A stretch of 63,694 bases of DNA, filler included, from Chrysochromulina tobinii (lineage: Eukaryota), in assembly GCA_001275005.1 (NCBI GenBank). It is 5 parts of 5 records of this genome, joined end to end, with 100 filler letters (N's around TTAATTAATTAA, not from the genome) between each part and the next. Parts side by side here need not be neighbours in the genome. Positions count along the whole stretch, not along the records: positions 1 to 17,951 come from JWZX01000977.1; positions 18,052 to 34,774 come from JWZX01000978.1; 3 more parts are not named here. One strand, 5' to 3'. The notes below the pieces were generated by a model, which was given only the letters and a program-made list of their open reading frames with translations, was not told where the DNA came from and ran no database searches. This document shows positions 10,777-21,178 of this stretch, one piece after another. The translations under genes and the position numbers were made by a program. Position 1 is the stretch's first letter, and each line of letters opens with the position of its first letter.

Positions 10777-12273
10777 GCCTCAGTTGTAGAGGGGAGGCAA
10801 CCGCGAACAGGCCGTGGAACGGATGGCGCAGCCGCAGGCGAAGGGATGAGGCAAACTGACGAGGAGAAGAGGACGACCACGACGGCGCTCTCGTGCGCGC
10901 CACCGACACGATGGCATCGTGTGACGCGCACACCCCTGCTGTGGCAGATGGCAGGCTTGCGGACCACTTCTCTCTTTATTATGACAAGACCCCCGCGTCG
11001 GGTCCCGGGGTGATCACTCAAATATCAACGGTTTGGACTGTACTCGGGACCTAGTTGTATCCCTAGTTGTAAGTTCGCGTCGGCGTCGCGTTACGTACCG
11101 TAATATTTTAGTGGCCGGAACTTCGCCAAGACTTGCGGAACGTCGTGCGTAGGAACCGACGACACGAACCCGGCGCGAACACAGACCGGAGAAGAAGGGA
11201 CCGTGCAACCGCCCAACCCGAATCGCGAATGGACGCAATTGGAGGGCACGCGCGGCTACGAGTCAGATCGGCGGCGAGAGGGGGAGTGCACGACTTGACT
11301 AACCCCGCAGCTCTTGAGCCGCGGCAAACGGTGCTGACTGATGGCTTTCATCCATTGCTTTCAACAGACAACACTCGCTTTGCTGAACACCGTAAACGTA
11401 CACGCTTAGGATCGCCTGGGGCGCCCCCCTCGCCACGTGTACGCTGCCTGTTGGCATGTTTTACTCACTTAATTTATATACTTACTTACACGACCCGGCG
11501 CGGCGTTCGGCCCGCCAGGCGCCGCCCGGGCGGGGGAGCGGGGCGACGCGGTTCGCGGTTCCGTTCGGCCGGGCGTTGCGCGGGGGCCTTGTGCGCTCGG
11601 GGGGTCCATCAAGCATCAAGCATCATTGGGTCCATGCTCCATCATGGGCGCCGCGGTCTGCGGGACCGAGTATATTAGACGGAGATACGCGGACGTGCAG
11701 GAGCAAAGTGAGAAAAAGACTCATATTAGCCACTCATTAATGGAGCAGCTGTGAGTGATGATGGCAGAGGAGAGTCCAAAGAGTTCAACCACACACGCTG
11801 CGCGGGGCCGAGGTCGAGTTCAGAGTTGAGGAAACAATTGAGGAGCTCGCTTCGAGCGCTGACGTGGAGCTGTGTGAGAATTAGCAGAATTCGTGTACGC
11901 GCAATGACAGTCTTGAGTCTTCAGTGAAGGCTGTACCGGTACCAGCTGCGAGCATCATTGTTTCTTTCAATGTCTTGTTTGTTCTTCGATTATCCCCTCC
12001 AGATATCGTGCCGGTAACCGCAGCCGGTGGCGACGGGCGGCGTGCCGCGGTGCCCCTCGACCCGTCGCGACCGGACCGCGCCATTGGACCGCGCATCGGC
12101 GCGACCGCCATGGCGACCGCGGTCGAGACAACCATCCTGGTGCCGCCTCACCACGCTCGGCGTACTGCGAGTAGCAGAACGGCCGTTTGTCCGGTCGCTG
12201 ATTGTGGATTATTTTTTCCCCCAGACCACAGGGCAAGCGACACCTGAGTCAAGACTCACGTCGTATGTCACGG

Positions 12274-13701
12274 TCACAACGACAATCCCAGCTGCAGCAC
12301 CGCCGGTAGCAGCGTCTTCCGCGTCGCGGCCGCGCGAAGGGAAGAGACCCGCAGCCGCGGCGCGCCCTCGACCGCCTCCCACCGGATCCCGAAGCCCTCT
12401 TGTTCGATGCGCTGTGCTTTGAAGAGCGGATTCGACGAGAGCGCAGACGGAAGCGAGGGTGTGCCAGCGATCGCATCGAGGAGTCCGCAGACCAGCGCTG
12501 TGATGGGCGCATCGACGGCCTCGCCGCCGACATACGCGACGAGGCCCTTGCGCCCTCCCTGCGCCTCATCCTCCTTAGTCAGAGCGAAAAGGACGCCGAC
12601 CGCCCCTCCGTTCCTCTCGCACGCATTTCGCATCGCCGCTTCGAGTCCAGCAGCGCCGTCGCTCCGCTGGAGGAGCTCGGGGACGGTTTCGCAGATCGCC
12701 GCGATGCGCACGCGCATGGCGCCGTCCCCTTCGCCGCGCACGCCCTCCTTGCAGTCCCACCGCAGCAGCTCGAGCGTCGTCAGCTCTCTCACGTCGTACC
12801 GCGCCGCAAGCAGCGTCTCGCATAGCGCGCCGATCGACGCTGCGCCGCCGACGCGCGCCGCCACAGGCAGCTCGAGGGCGCGAAGGGCTGAGATGGCTTC
12901 GAGCACGAGTTCGCGCGCCTCCGAGCCGCCCGCCCGCCCCACCGGCGGCAGCACGCACGGCACGCTCGCGCCCAGTGCGCCGAAGAGCTTCTGGCAGGCA
13001 CGCACGTCGGCTGCGACGAATTTCTGGCCGAGCAGCTTAGGATCAAGGCCGCGCGTGTCGACAGCGATGACGGCGAGCATCAGCACCAGCAGCTCAATGC
13101 TGTGCTGCCTCAGGCCTTCCGCCGGCTCGCTACAGGCGTCGTCCATCAGCTCCGTCAGCATCGAGCATGTCGATCCGGCGCTCGGATCTATGTGCCGAAG
13201 CACTGCCGATCCGACCACGACGGCTCCTAGTCCGTCGTCAAGCGGCGGCGCGAGCGCGCGCCCCGCGTCGTTATGGTGATCGACGATGGCTACGACACGT
13301 TCGCCGAAAACGGATGCCACCTCGGCCGCCTGCACGTTGTGGTCGACCAGAGCCACACCTAGCCCTGCTCCAGCTTGCCAGGCCTTTGCGGTCGCAGCGT
13401 CGGCCTCGTCGAGGTGGAGCAGGTCGGCAGGAGCATCGGCATCATCAAAAGTCAGGCCAGCATGGCGGAAAAGAAGGCATGCATCTTGACGCAGCCGGAA
13501 GTCGCAGCGTGCAAACGGTGCCACGGGCACCCACAGTGCACCTCCGCCGAAGGGCTGCCAAGCCGCCATCGCCAATGCCGAGACGAGGGAGTCGAGATCG
13601 CCGGCTTCGTTGCCGATGACCACGATTGCTCCCAAGCTGTTTGCCGGACCGGCACGATATGCAGTCAATGCTTGCGTGTGCGCGAGCCATGGCGAGAGCA
13701 T
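12274..13701 (-). CDS. DHH-family exopolyphosphatase (PPX1/prune-like)
   Basis: GNEAGDLDS, LVDHN, IVDHH, GSTCS, IAVDT and terminal TRKTLLP. ATG at 13701. Confidence 0.9.
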   Translation of the reverse strand: MLSPWLAHTQALTAYRAGPANSLGAIVVIGNEAGDLDSLVSALAMAAWQPFGGGALWVPVAPFARCDFRLRQDACLLFRHAGLTFDDADAPADLLHLDEADAATAKAWQAGAGLGVALVDHNVQAAEVASVFGERVVAIVDHHNDAGRALAPPLDDGLGAVVVGSAVLRHIDPSAGSTCSMLTELMDDACSEPAEGLRQHSIELLVLMLAVIAVDTRGLDPKLLGQKFVAADVRACQKLFGALGASVPCVLPPVGRAGGSEARELVLEAISALRALELPVAARVGGAASIGALCETLLAARYDVRELTTLELLRWDCKEGVRGEGDGAMRVRIAAICETVPELLQRSDGAAGLEAAMRNACERNGGAVGVLFALTKEDEAQGGRKGLVAYVGGEAVDAPITALVCGLLDAIAGTPSLPSALSSNPLFKAQRIEQEGFGIRWEAVEGAPRLRVSSLRAAATRKTLLPAVLQLGLSL

Positions 13702-14090
13702 GGCGTGCGGCGCGGCCCGCACGCCGATACTGCCACGAGCACATGGGGCAATTCGGTAGGATTCTTATTCATGTGAACTCATTACTGAACAGTACTTCAC
13801 ATCACGACTAAAAAAATCACTACGACCCTAATGAGCACGACGATGCCTAGTGTCGACACATGCATACACGCATTCACACAATGGTGGGTGCCGCACAGGG
13901 GCTTCAGATAGAAGGCGAGTGAAAATATTGATGGTGCTCGAAATGCGTTCTGCGTTCGGTACAAACTCGAACGTGAGCCATTATCCAGCACCTGTGCAGG
14001 CCCGACGTGATCAATTTTCAGATAAGTCCCAGGATTATATCCGCAATTTTTCTATCCACATCGAACCAAATTAGGTACAGTGGGAGACGC

Positions 14091-15565
14091 ATGTCACTCT
14101 TGAGATCCAGCAGGAGCGTGCTCGCACTACAGCCTGCCGTGCTGGTTGTGGACATGCCCGCAAGCCCATCTGATGCCAACGCCAACGCCCTCGGCTCGCA
14201 ATCGTTGGAAGCGTTAGGAGCGGCGTCTACAGGCGGCTCAAACCTCGATTCTGCCGACATTTGCTGGATGCTGCTGAGTTCGGCGTTAGTGTTGCTCATG
14301 GTACCAGCCCTTGGCTTCTTCTATGCGGGGCTCCTTAAAGCGAGCAGCGCCTTGTCCATCCTCACCCAGGTGCTGGTTGGGTTTGCAATTCTCAGCCTGC
14401 TCTTCTACTGCGTGGGCTTCACACTTTGCTTTGGTGAGCCGACACTTGGAGGCATCATCGCGGCTCGCCCTTGGAGTATCCCTTTTTGGGCGTCCTCGCC
14501 GCCGATCCCTGGGTGAGCGTGCCGGAAGCTCCCACTATCCCGGGCCTCCTCTATGCCACCTTCCAGTTGAATTTTGCTGCGATCACGCCGCTGCTCATCA
14601 CCGGCGCCTTCGCCGAGCGCATGCGCTTCGGCGCCTTCGTCTGGTTCATCATACTGTGGTCACTACTAGTGTACTATCCGCTCTGCCATTGGGTATGGGG
14701 CGGCGGCTGGCTGATGCAGATGGGGGTGGTCGACTTTGCAGGCGGGATCGTCATCAACTCGTCCTCGGGCATAGCTGCCCTCGTTAGCGCGGCCTACATT
14801 GGGCGGCGCGAGGATGGCGTGCCGCTGCCGCATTCGATCCCACTCACTCTCATCGGCGCGAGCCTGCTCTGGCTCGGCTGGGTGGGCTTCAACGGCGGCT
14901 CAGCTCTTACTATCGGCCCCGTTGCGGCCGCCGCCGTGCTCTCCTCCCACATCGCCGCATGCACGAGCGCATGCGTCTGGGCCACCGCATCCTACTTCTC
15001 ATCGGCTCAAGATCGCAAGATTTCTCTAGTCCCCTCGGCGAACGGGGCGATCGCTGGCTTGGCGGGCATCAGCCCGGCAGCGGGCTTCATTCCAGTCCAC
15101 TGGTCGCCGCTGGTCGGCATCGTGGTAGGGGCGGCCTCATTCGGTTGCTGCCACCTTGTGCGGGACAGGCTAGGTGTCGACGACGCCCTCGATGTGTCCT
15201 CGGTGCACGGCGTGACGGGCCTCATTGGGAGTCTCATCGTAGGCATTTTGGCTTCGCCAATTGTCAACCCCGCAGGGCCGACAGGGCTGGTCTACGGCGG
15301 AGGCTGGCGGCTCCTTGGGGTCCAGGCGCTCGGCGTGTCCGTGGCCCTCGTTCTCTCAGCCACTGCCACCTTGCTGATCATGGTCGTTTTGGACAAAACG
15401 ATTGGCATCCGAGCGCATGTGACCGAGGGGAAGTCGTTTGACGAAGGCTTACACGGTGAGAATGCGTACATCTTCACGAAGGACGAGCTGGAGCAGCAGA
15501 CCGAGAGGTCGATCAACCTCTCACGCAAAGGCAGCATGGTGAGTTTTCCTACCAGTGAAGAATGA
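14091..15565 (+). CDS. AMT: Ammonium transporter (Amt/Mep), split by a frameshift at ~14460 (assembly error or pseudogene)
   Basis: N-part WMLLSSALVLLMVPALGFFYAGL is in one frame. FQLNFAAIT, GAFAERM, HWVWGGG, DFAGG, WVGFNGGS and DDALDVSSVHG are in the next frame. Removing 'gc' at 14460-14461 gives GGIIGSPLEYPF. Confidence 0.9.
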
Positions 15566-16106
15566 ACGCAGGCTCCTGCATCCAATCTGATGCCCTTCTT
15601 GTGGTCAGAGACAGAGTCTGTATGCGACGTGACTGAGCGTGGCGCTGGCCGTGACGCGGGTGCGGTAGCCGGCTAGGAAGCGGCCCGGCCCTTCGTGCGG
15701 TGCCATCATTCTCGTGTCGGCTTTCGTGTCCCTCGGCCCATCTCGTGTGCTGCCTGCTGCGGAGGTGCGTGGCAGCCCGCCCTCGAAGCTCGAACGGCGT
15801 GCTTATCGTCAAATAATAAACAAGAGCAGCACCGATTCCTCAGCTAGCGTATACACACATGATACAAAATTTTGTACTACAACAAATGCACGGCGTTGTC
15901 CACTGAATCGGATAAGCCGTTGCCGCCGCGCGCCCCTCGAGGGCGCCGCACACACGAACAACCTCAGAAGACAGCATGCTTGGTTGAGGCCTGCTAGTCG
16001 AGGCCCGTGAGGGACGCCTCTCCAATCTCCGTGCCGCTTTGGAAGCGCATCTTCTTAGCATCTTCTCGTTAAGGAAGAGGAGCTTCATAGGACGCAATCA
16101 GACGGT

Positions 16107-17408
16107 TTAGAAGCGCATCTTCTCGTTGAGGAAGAGGAGCGTCTTGTCTACGTTAAGCTTGAGCTTGCCCTGCTCGAGGACAAACTGGCCCGCGGCCTGC
16201 ATGTTGAGCAGGTCCTCGAGGCGCAGCTCGAAGGCGACCACCGAGCGTCCCTGGTGCTGCGCAAGCACGTTGGTCGTGCCCGGCCGAACCGACGAGAACT
16301 CGAAGCGCATGTGGCGCACCATCGATTCGGGCAGCGCGATTGTGACGAGAACACCTTCCTTTTTCAGGTAGAGTGCGGACACCTTGACGCACGGGCCAGC
16401 TATGAAGGCGTCCGCCTTCTGATCCTCGAGCGCCTTCCGCTCCTCCTCGAAGAGCCTCGCGCGCTGTTGGAGGAGCTCCTTGAGCTCGGGACGCGAGTCA
16501 TAGAGGTCCTTGAGCGCCGCATTCGTGTGCACGAGCTCGTTGAGCTCGATGCGCGTCAGGTCGGGCTTCGACTCGAGGATCTTGCGCACATCCTCCTTCT
16601 GGTCGAGCGCAGCCTTGAGGTCCTTCGACTGCTCGAGCATCAGCCGCAGCGCCGGCGCGCGCCCGATCCTCATCAGCTCCTCGGGGCTCGCGTCGAAGCA
16701 CTTGACGAAATCGGGTCGCTTGTCGAACAGGTCGCGCATCTGGGTCTTGGTCAGGTTGGGATGCGCCTTGACATACTTATCAAGCGCCTGGTTCTCCCCG
16801 ATGATCTTCCTGAAGGTGGAGTGCTGCTCCATGACCGTCTTGATCCGCTCCTGGATCGCGCGCAGGCGTGCGGCTTCCTCTTTTCGGACCGTCATCTCAT
16901 CGGGGCGGCGCTTCGACTTCTTTTCTCCCTTCTGCATGCGCTCTGTGGTATACACGTTCTTATTGGTGATGCGGATCTCACGGATCGCCGCGAAGTACTC
17001 GGTGTACGACACGTGCTTGCGCGAGAGCGCCGCGCTATGCACCTGCACGAACTCGACGATCTTCTGCAAGTCTTGACGCTCCTTGATGAGTTGCACGCGA
17101 CGGCGCGCACGCCTCGAGATCTCCTCTGCCGTCGCCTGCAGGAAAGCCTCGCCCGATTTCACCGACGTCGCCACCCCCTGCTGCTCGAGCTGCTCGATGA
17201 CCTTTTGGGCCCTACCCGCCGCCTCGAACCGGCTCTCGGACTTGCACTCGCGCAGCAGCTCGGCGAGAGATTCTTGGAGGGTGCTCCCGGTTCGGACAGT
17301 TATGGTTGGTGCCAGGCGTAAGCACTCGAGCAGTTCCTTGCGCAGCTCAGACAGTGCGTTGTTGACGATCTCCCCGCCTTTTTCGTCGGAGTTGTCTTGT
17401 GCTTGTGC
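16107..17408 (-). CDS. Last exon of an IQGAP-like protein (RasGAP_C domain); upstream exons not resolved
   Basis: Coiled coil followed by KVSALYLKKEGVLV...FEFSSVRPG...ELRLEDLLNMQ...LNVDKTLLFLNEK, typical of IQGAP C-termini. Acceptor tttcag| at 17409. Confidence 0.8.
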   Translation of the reverse strand, partial: AQAQDNSDEKGGEIVNNALSELRKELLECLRLAPTITVRTGSTLQESLAELLRECKSESRFEAAGRAQKVIEQLEQQGVATSVKSGEAFLQATAEEISRRARRRVQLIKERQDLQKIVEFVQVHSAALSRKHVSYTEYFAAIREIRITNKNVYTTERMQKGEKKSKRRPDEMTVRKEEAARLRAIQERIKTVMEQHSTFRKIIGENQALDKYVKAHPNLTKTQMRDLFDKRPDFVKCFDASPEELMRIGRAPALRLMLEQSKDLKAALDQKEDVRKILESKPDLTRIELNELVHTNAALKDLYDSRPELKELLQQRARLFEEERKALEDQKADAFIAGPCVKVSALYLKKEGVLVTIALPESMVRHMRFEFSSVRPGTTNVLAQHQGRSVVAFELRLEDLLNMQAAGQFVLEQGKLKLNVDKTLLFLNEKMRF

Positions 17409-17951
17409 CTGAAACCCACGGGTGCGCAGCCCTAGCCGCAGCAATATCTGCACACGGGCACGAGGCGAGGGGTGGAGGCGCGGGGGGGGGGGTCGAAAGA
17501 GGGGAGGGAGGGGGAGGTCAGCGGCGGAAGCGGCACGTCGCGCGCGGTCTCAGAGGTAGTTTCGGAATTGATTCGGAGGTTGACTTCAGAGGTGTCAGTG
17601 GAAGGGCACGGGTTTTCATCATCGACCGAGGCGGCGTCCACGCAAGTGTGGGGTGGAGCAGTTGGGTTGGAAAGGGGGGGAGCGAAATGGGGGTGGGGGG
17701 GGGCTGTGCAACAACTGCCCAGCTGGGCAACAACTGCCCAGCTGGGCAGTGGGCCGAGCCAAATGGTGCCTGCGCCGCCGCCCGCGCGCGTCACGTCACG
17801 CCAGGCCGCCACGCCATGGGGGCACCGTCAGAGACTTGAATATAGAAGTGGATGCGGTCAGGTGGCAATGCCATCCCGTCATGCCGGAAGCTTTGGTATC
17901 GTCCTTCGGCGGCCGCGGCGGCGGCGGCGTTGGCGGCGGCGGCGTTGGCGG

Positions 17952-18051
17952 NNNNNNNNNNNNNNNNNNNNNNNNNNNNNNNNNNNNNNNNNNNNTTAAT
18001 TAATTAANNNNNNNNNNNNNNNNNNNNNNNNNNNNNNNNNNNNNNNNNNNN
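17952..18051. other. Artificial contig linker
   Basis: N44-TTAATTAATTAA-N44 (stop codons in all six frames). Confidence 0.97.
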
Positions 18052-18201
18052 GTCCGCAGCCAACACCTTGACGTCGGTGAGGCGGCCATCGCGAAATTTG
18101 GCGATGGTGCTAGGCTTCTCGGCGAGGCCGCCCACGAGCTCGATCGATGCGGCGGAGGGTGCGTCGGCGGAAGCCCGGGCGCGCTTGCGAGCGGGCGGCA
18201 T
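18052..18201 (-). CDS. 5' end of a second BTB-Kelch paralog, truncated by the gap
   Basis: MPPARKRARASADAPSAASIELVGGLAEKPSTIAKFRDGRLTDVKV is nearly identical to the N-terminus of 18973..20676. Confidence 0.85.
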
Positions 18202-18722
18202 AAAATGGTGGGCGAGGACAGATGAGAAGACAAAGAGTCATAAGTTTCGTCACTGATCAGGGGCGCGCGACACGACTAATCCGGCGGACGCCTTCACCCC
18301 GTCCGAGCCGTTCGCTATCGGGGACGCGAGGACACTCCCGCGCGGTCAGCCGCCACGCCCGCGGCGCGAGCTCTGTGGTGGATGAGCGACGGGGGAGGCG
18401 TCATGCCTCATGCGGTCATCATGGGAGTCAGACGACGAAGCCGAGCGCGCTGCCACGGCGAGCGCATGCCCGCCCGCCCGCCCCGCCCCGCGCCCGCGCG
18501 CCGCGCGTGGACGGCCGCGCGAGTGTAGTTTGCGCTCCCTTCAAGTTCATTTTTCTGCACAGTCTGTGCTGCGGTGGCGACACTCGAGAGGCGGTTACAC
18601 CCCCCCCCAATGCTAGTCTGTGCTGCGGTGGCGACACTCGAGAGGCGCACATCACAGGAGCTCGCTAGCAAGGCCGCCCATGCCCATCCAACGCCCATCC
18701 CCATCCGTCTTCAGCGCCCCGG
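18052..18722. repeat. Segmental duplicate of ~20527..21190 (BTB-Kelch 5' CDS + promoter + HtrA stop)
   Basis: Colinear near-identity ending at ccatccgtcttcagcgccccgg in both copies. Confidence 0.92.
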
Positions 18723-18972
18723 TACCAGTTGGTACGAGCTCCCACCGCCACAGACGACAGAGGGGCGCGAAGAAAAACTAGACGACGAAACTGTTTGTTT
18801 CGTCCCAGTCACTTTAGCGCGCCGGGCCCGGTTTTAGGGCTGCCGCGACACAGTGACAGGGTAGACACACAAAGAAGAACCTCACAACCAAACCGAGTTC
18901 ACCCCCGGTAGTCTTCCGGTTCGGGTGTCCCCGGTCCCGTCCTCCCGAGCTCCGGAGCTGTTTCCCAAGTTC

Positions 18973-20676
18973 TCACATGAATACGGCACACTTGGATTTC
19001 GTCACTGCGCCAAGCGCCATGCTGGTAATTGCCGCCCACTCGTCCGTCACTGGATCGTACCGCTCGACGGAGCTGAGCTGGTTCTGGCCGTCACTGCCGC
19101 CCATCACATACAGCTTGCCGTCGATTGCTGCTGCCGCCGGACCGCCTCGTGCCGTGGACATCGGTGCGACTGCCTCCCAGGCATTCTCCGCCGGATCATA
19201 CCGCTCAACGGAGCTGAACAGGTGTTGGCCGTCATAGCCGCCCATCACATACAGCTTGCCGTCGATTGCTGCTGCCGCCGGAATGTTTCGTGCCATGGAC
19301 ATCGGTGCGACTGCCTCCCAGGCATTCTTCGCCGGATCATACCGCTCGACGGAGCTGAACCGGTGTTGGCCGTCATAGCCGCCCATCACATACAGCTTGC
19401 CGTTGATTGCTGCTGCCGCCGGATTGCTTCGTGCCGTGGACATCGGTGCGACTGCCTCCCAGGCATTCTTCGCCGGATCGAACCGCTCGACAACGGAGCT
19501 GAACCGGTGTTGGCCGTCAGAGCCGCCCATCACATACAGCTTGCCGTCGATTGCCGCCGCCGCCGGACAAAATCGTGCCGTGGACATCGGTGCGACTGCC
19601 TCCCAGGCATTCGTCACCGGATCGAACCGCTCGACGGAGCTGAGCCGGTTTTGGCCGTCATAGCCGCCCATCACATACAGCTTGCCGTCGATTGCCGCGG
19701 CCGCCGGAGCGCCTCGTGACGTGAACATCGACGCCAGTGCCTCCCAGGCGTTCGCCATGGAATCGTACCGGTAAAGGGTGGCCAACGCATCGCTCGCATT
19801 ACGCCCGCCCACCATGTAGAGCTTCTCAAAGCCCATACGACGACGCGCCGAGTCGCCGTGCAGTGCGCCAAAAAAGGACCGGTTCAGCATCTGCAAGCCA
19901 GCAACGGTCAACAGGAGCGGCTCGTTGTGCACCGTCTCTTGCACAAACTCGCGACTCAGCAGCGGGAAGCGCACCAGCCGAAGCAGTGCCAGCGCGTCGT
20001 CCTCGGCGGGAGGAGGCGCCTGGGCGTGCAGCCACTTGACCGCTGCCGTGTACACAGCCTCTTCACCAGCCACCTTGAGCCGGTCGGAGGCGAGCAGCGC
20101 ACGCACAGTCTCTGCCGGCGTGCTCAGCCACGCGGGCGTCGCTGCGATCTGCTCAAAGTGGCGAGCCGCTGCCGACACCGCGTCAGCCGCGAGCTGGGTC
20201 AGACCCTGCCGGTCGGCGACGGCCCAGTAGGCGAGGGCAGTGGTCGCGCCCAGGTGCGCACTCATTGCCTTGGCCGCGGCGTCCACAAGGTGTGGAATCT
20301 GCAGATAGGCCGCCGCCTCGAGCACGACCATCAGCTCTGCCGCATCAGCGACTGTGCAGCTCCCCGTGTAGATGAACTCGAGGCATGCGGCGAGCCCTTG
20401 CTTCGGGACGTCGGGCAGCGACAGCGGCCGGCCGGCTGTGTCCGCCCACCGCTCACCGGCTAGCAGGCGCTCAAAGTACTCCGAACCCGAGGTGATGCAC
20501 AGGGCGTGAGCGTGGAAGGTGGTGCCGTCCGCCGCCACCACCTCCACGTCGGTGAGGCGACCATCGCGGAACTTGGCGATGGCGCTAGGCTTCTCGGCGA
20601 GGCCGCCCACGAGCTCGATCGATGCGGCGGAGGGTGCGTCGGCGGAAGCGCGGGCGCGCTTGCGAGCGGGCGGCAT
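18973..20676 (-). CDS. BTB-BACK-Kelch (KLHL-like) protein
   Basis: BTB (LTDVEVV...HAH...SEYF...LEFIYTG), BACK (EEAVYTAAVKW...VRFPLL) and six Kelch repeats (GKLYVMGG...SSVERYDP...WEAVAPM). Confidence 0.95.
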   Translation of the reverse strand: MPPARKRARASADAPSAASIELVGGLAEKPSAIAKFRDGRLTDVEVVAADGTTFHAHALCITSGSEYFERLLAGERWADTAGRPLSLPDVPKQGLAACLEFIYTGSCTVADAAELMVVLEAAAYLQIPHLVDAAAKAMSAHLGATTALAYWAVADRQGLTQLAADAVSAAARHFEQIAATPAWLSTPAETVRALLASDRLKVAGEEAVYTAAVKWLHAQAPPPAEDDALALLRLVRFPLLSREFVQETVHNEPLLLTVAGLQMLNRSFFGALHGDSARRRMGFEKLYMVGGRNASDALATLYRYDSMANAWEALASMFTSRGAPAAAAIDGKLYVMGGYDGQNRLSSVERFDPVTNAWEAVAPMSTARFCPAAAAIDGKLYVMGGSDGQHRFSSVVERFDPAKNAWEAVAPMSTARSNPAAAAINGKLYVMGGYDGQHRFSSVERYDPAKNAWEAVAPMSMARNIPAAAAIDGKLYVMGGYDGQHLFSSVERYDPAENAWEAVAPMSTARGGPAAAAIDGKLYVMGGSDGQNQLSSVERYDPVTDEWAAITSMALGAVTKSKCAVFM

Positions 20677-21178
20677 GAAAAGGTGGGCGAGGAAAGCAGG
20701 GAGAACTCTCTGTCGGAGAAAAAAAAGACGTGCGCTGTCAGAAGTTTCGTCACTGATCTGGGGCGCGCGACACGACTGATCCGGCGGACACCTTCACCCC
20801 GTCCGAGCCGTTCGCTATCGGGGACGCGCGGACACTCCCGCGCGGTCAGCCGCCACGCCCGCGGCGCGAGCTCTGTAGTGGATGTGGCGCCATGTGTGCA
20901 ATGGCCATGTGGGACGGGGGAGGCGTCATGCTCATGCGGTAGCATGGGAGTCAGACGACGAAGCCGAGCGCGCTGCCACGGCGAGCGCATGCCCGCCCGC
21001 CCCGCCCCACGCCCGCGCGCCGCTCGTGGACGGCCGCGCGAGTGTAGTTTGCGCTCCCTTCAAGTTCAATTTTTCTGCACAGTCTGTGCTGCGGTGGCGA
21101 CACTCGAGAGCCGCACATCACAGGAGCTCGCTATAGCAAGGCCGCTCATGCCCATCCAATGCCCATCCCCATCCGTCT

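Noticed and set aside
11040..12270. GC-rich intergenic stretch as a possible ncRNA or MITE
   Set aside because: Only weak, imperfect self-complementarity. I could not support terminal repeats, a TSD or an RNA family signature.
14434..14476. GTGAG...AG intron that might fix the Amt frameshift
   Set aside because: Splicing it does not give the downstream Amt frame, and it would delete a conserved GGIIG segment.
19040..19720. Regular ~141-bp repeats and antisense ORF 18925..19719
   Set aside because: These are Kelch coding repeats; the antisense ORF is a shadow of them.
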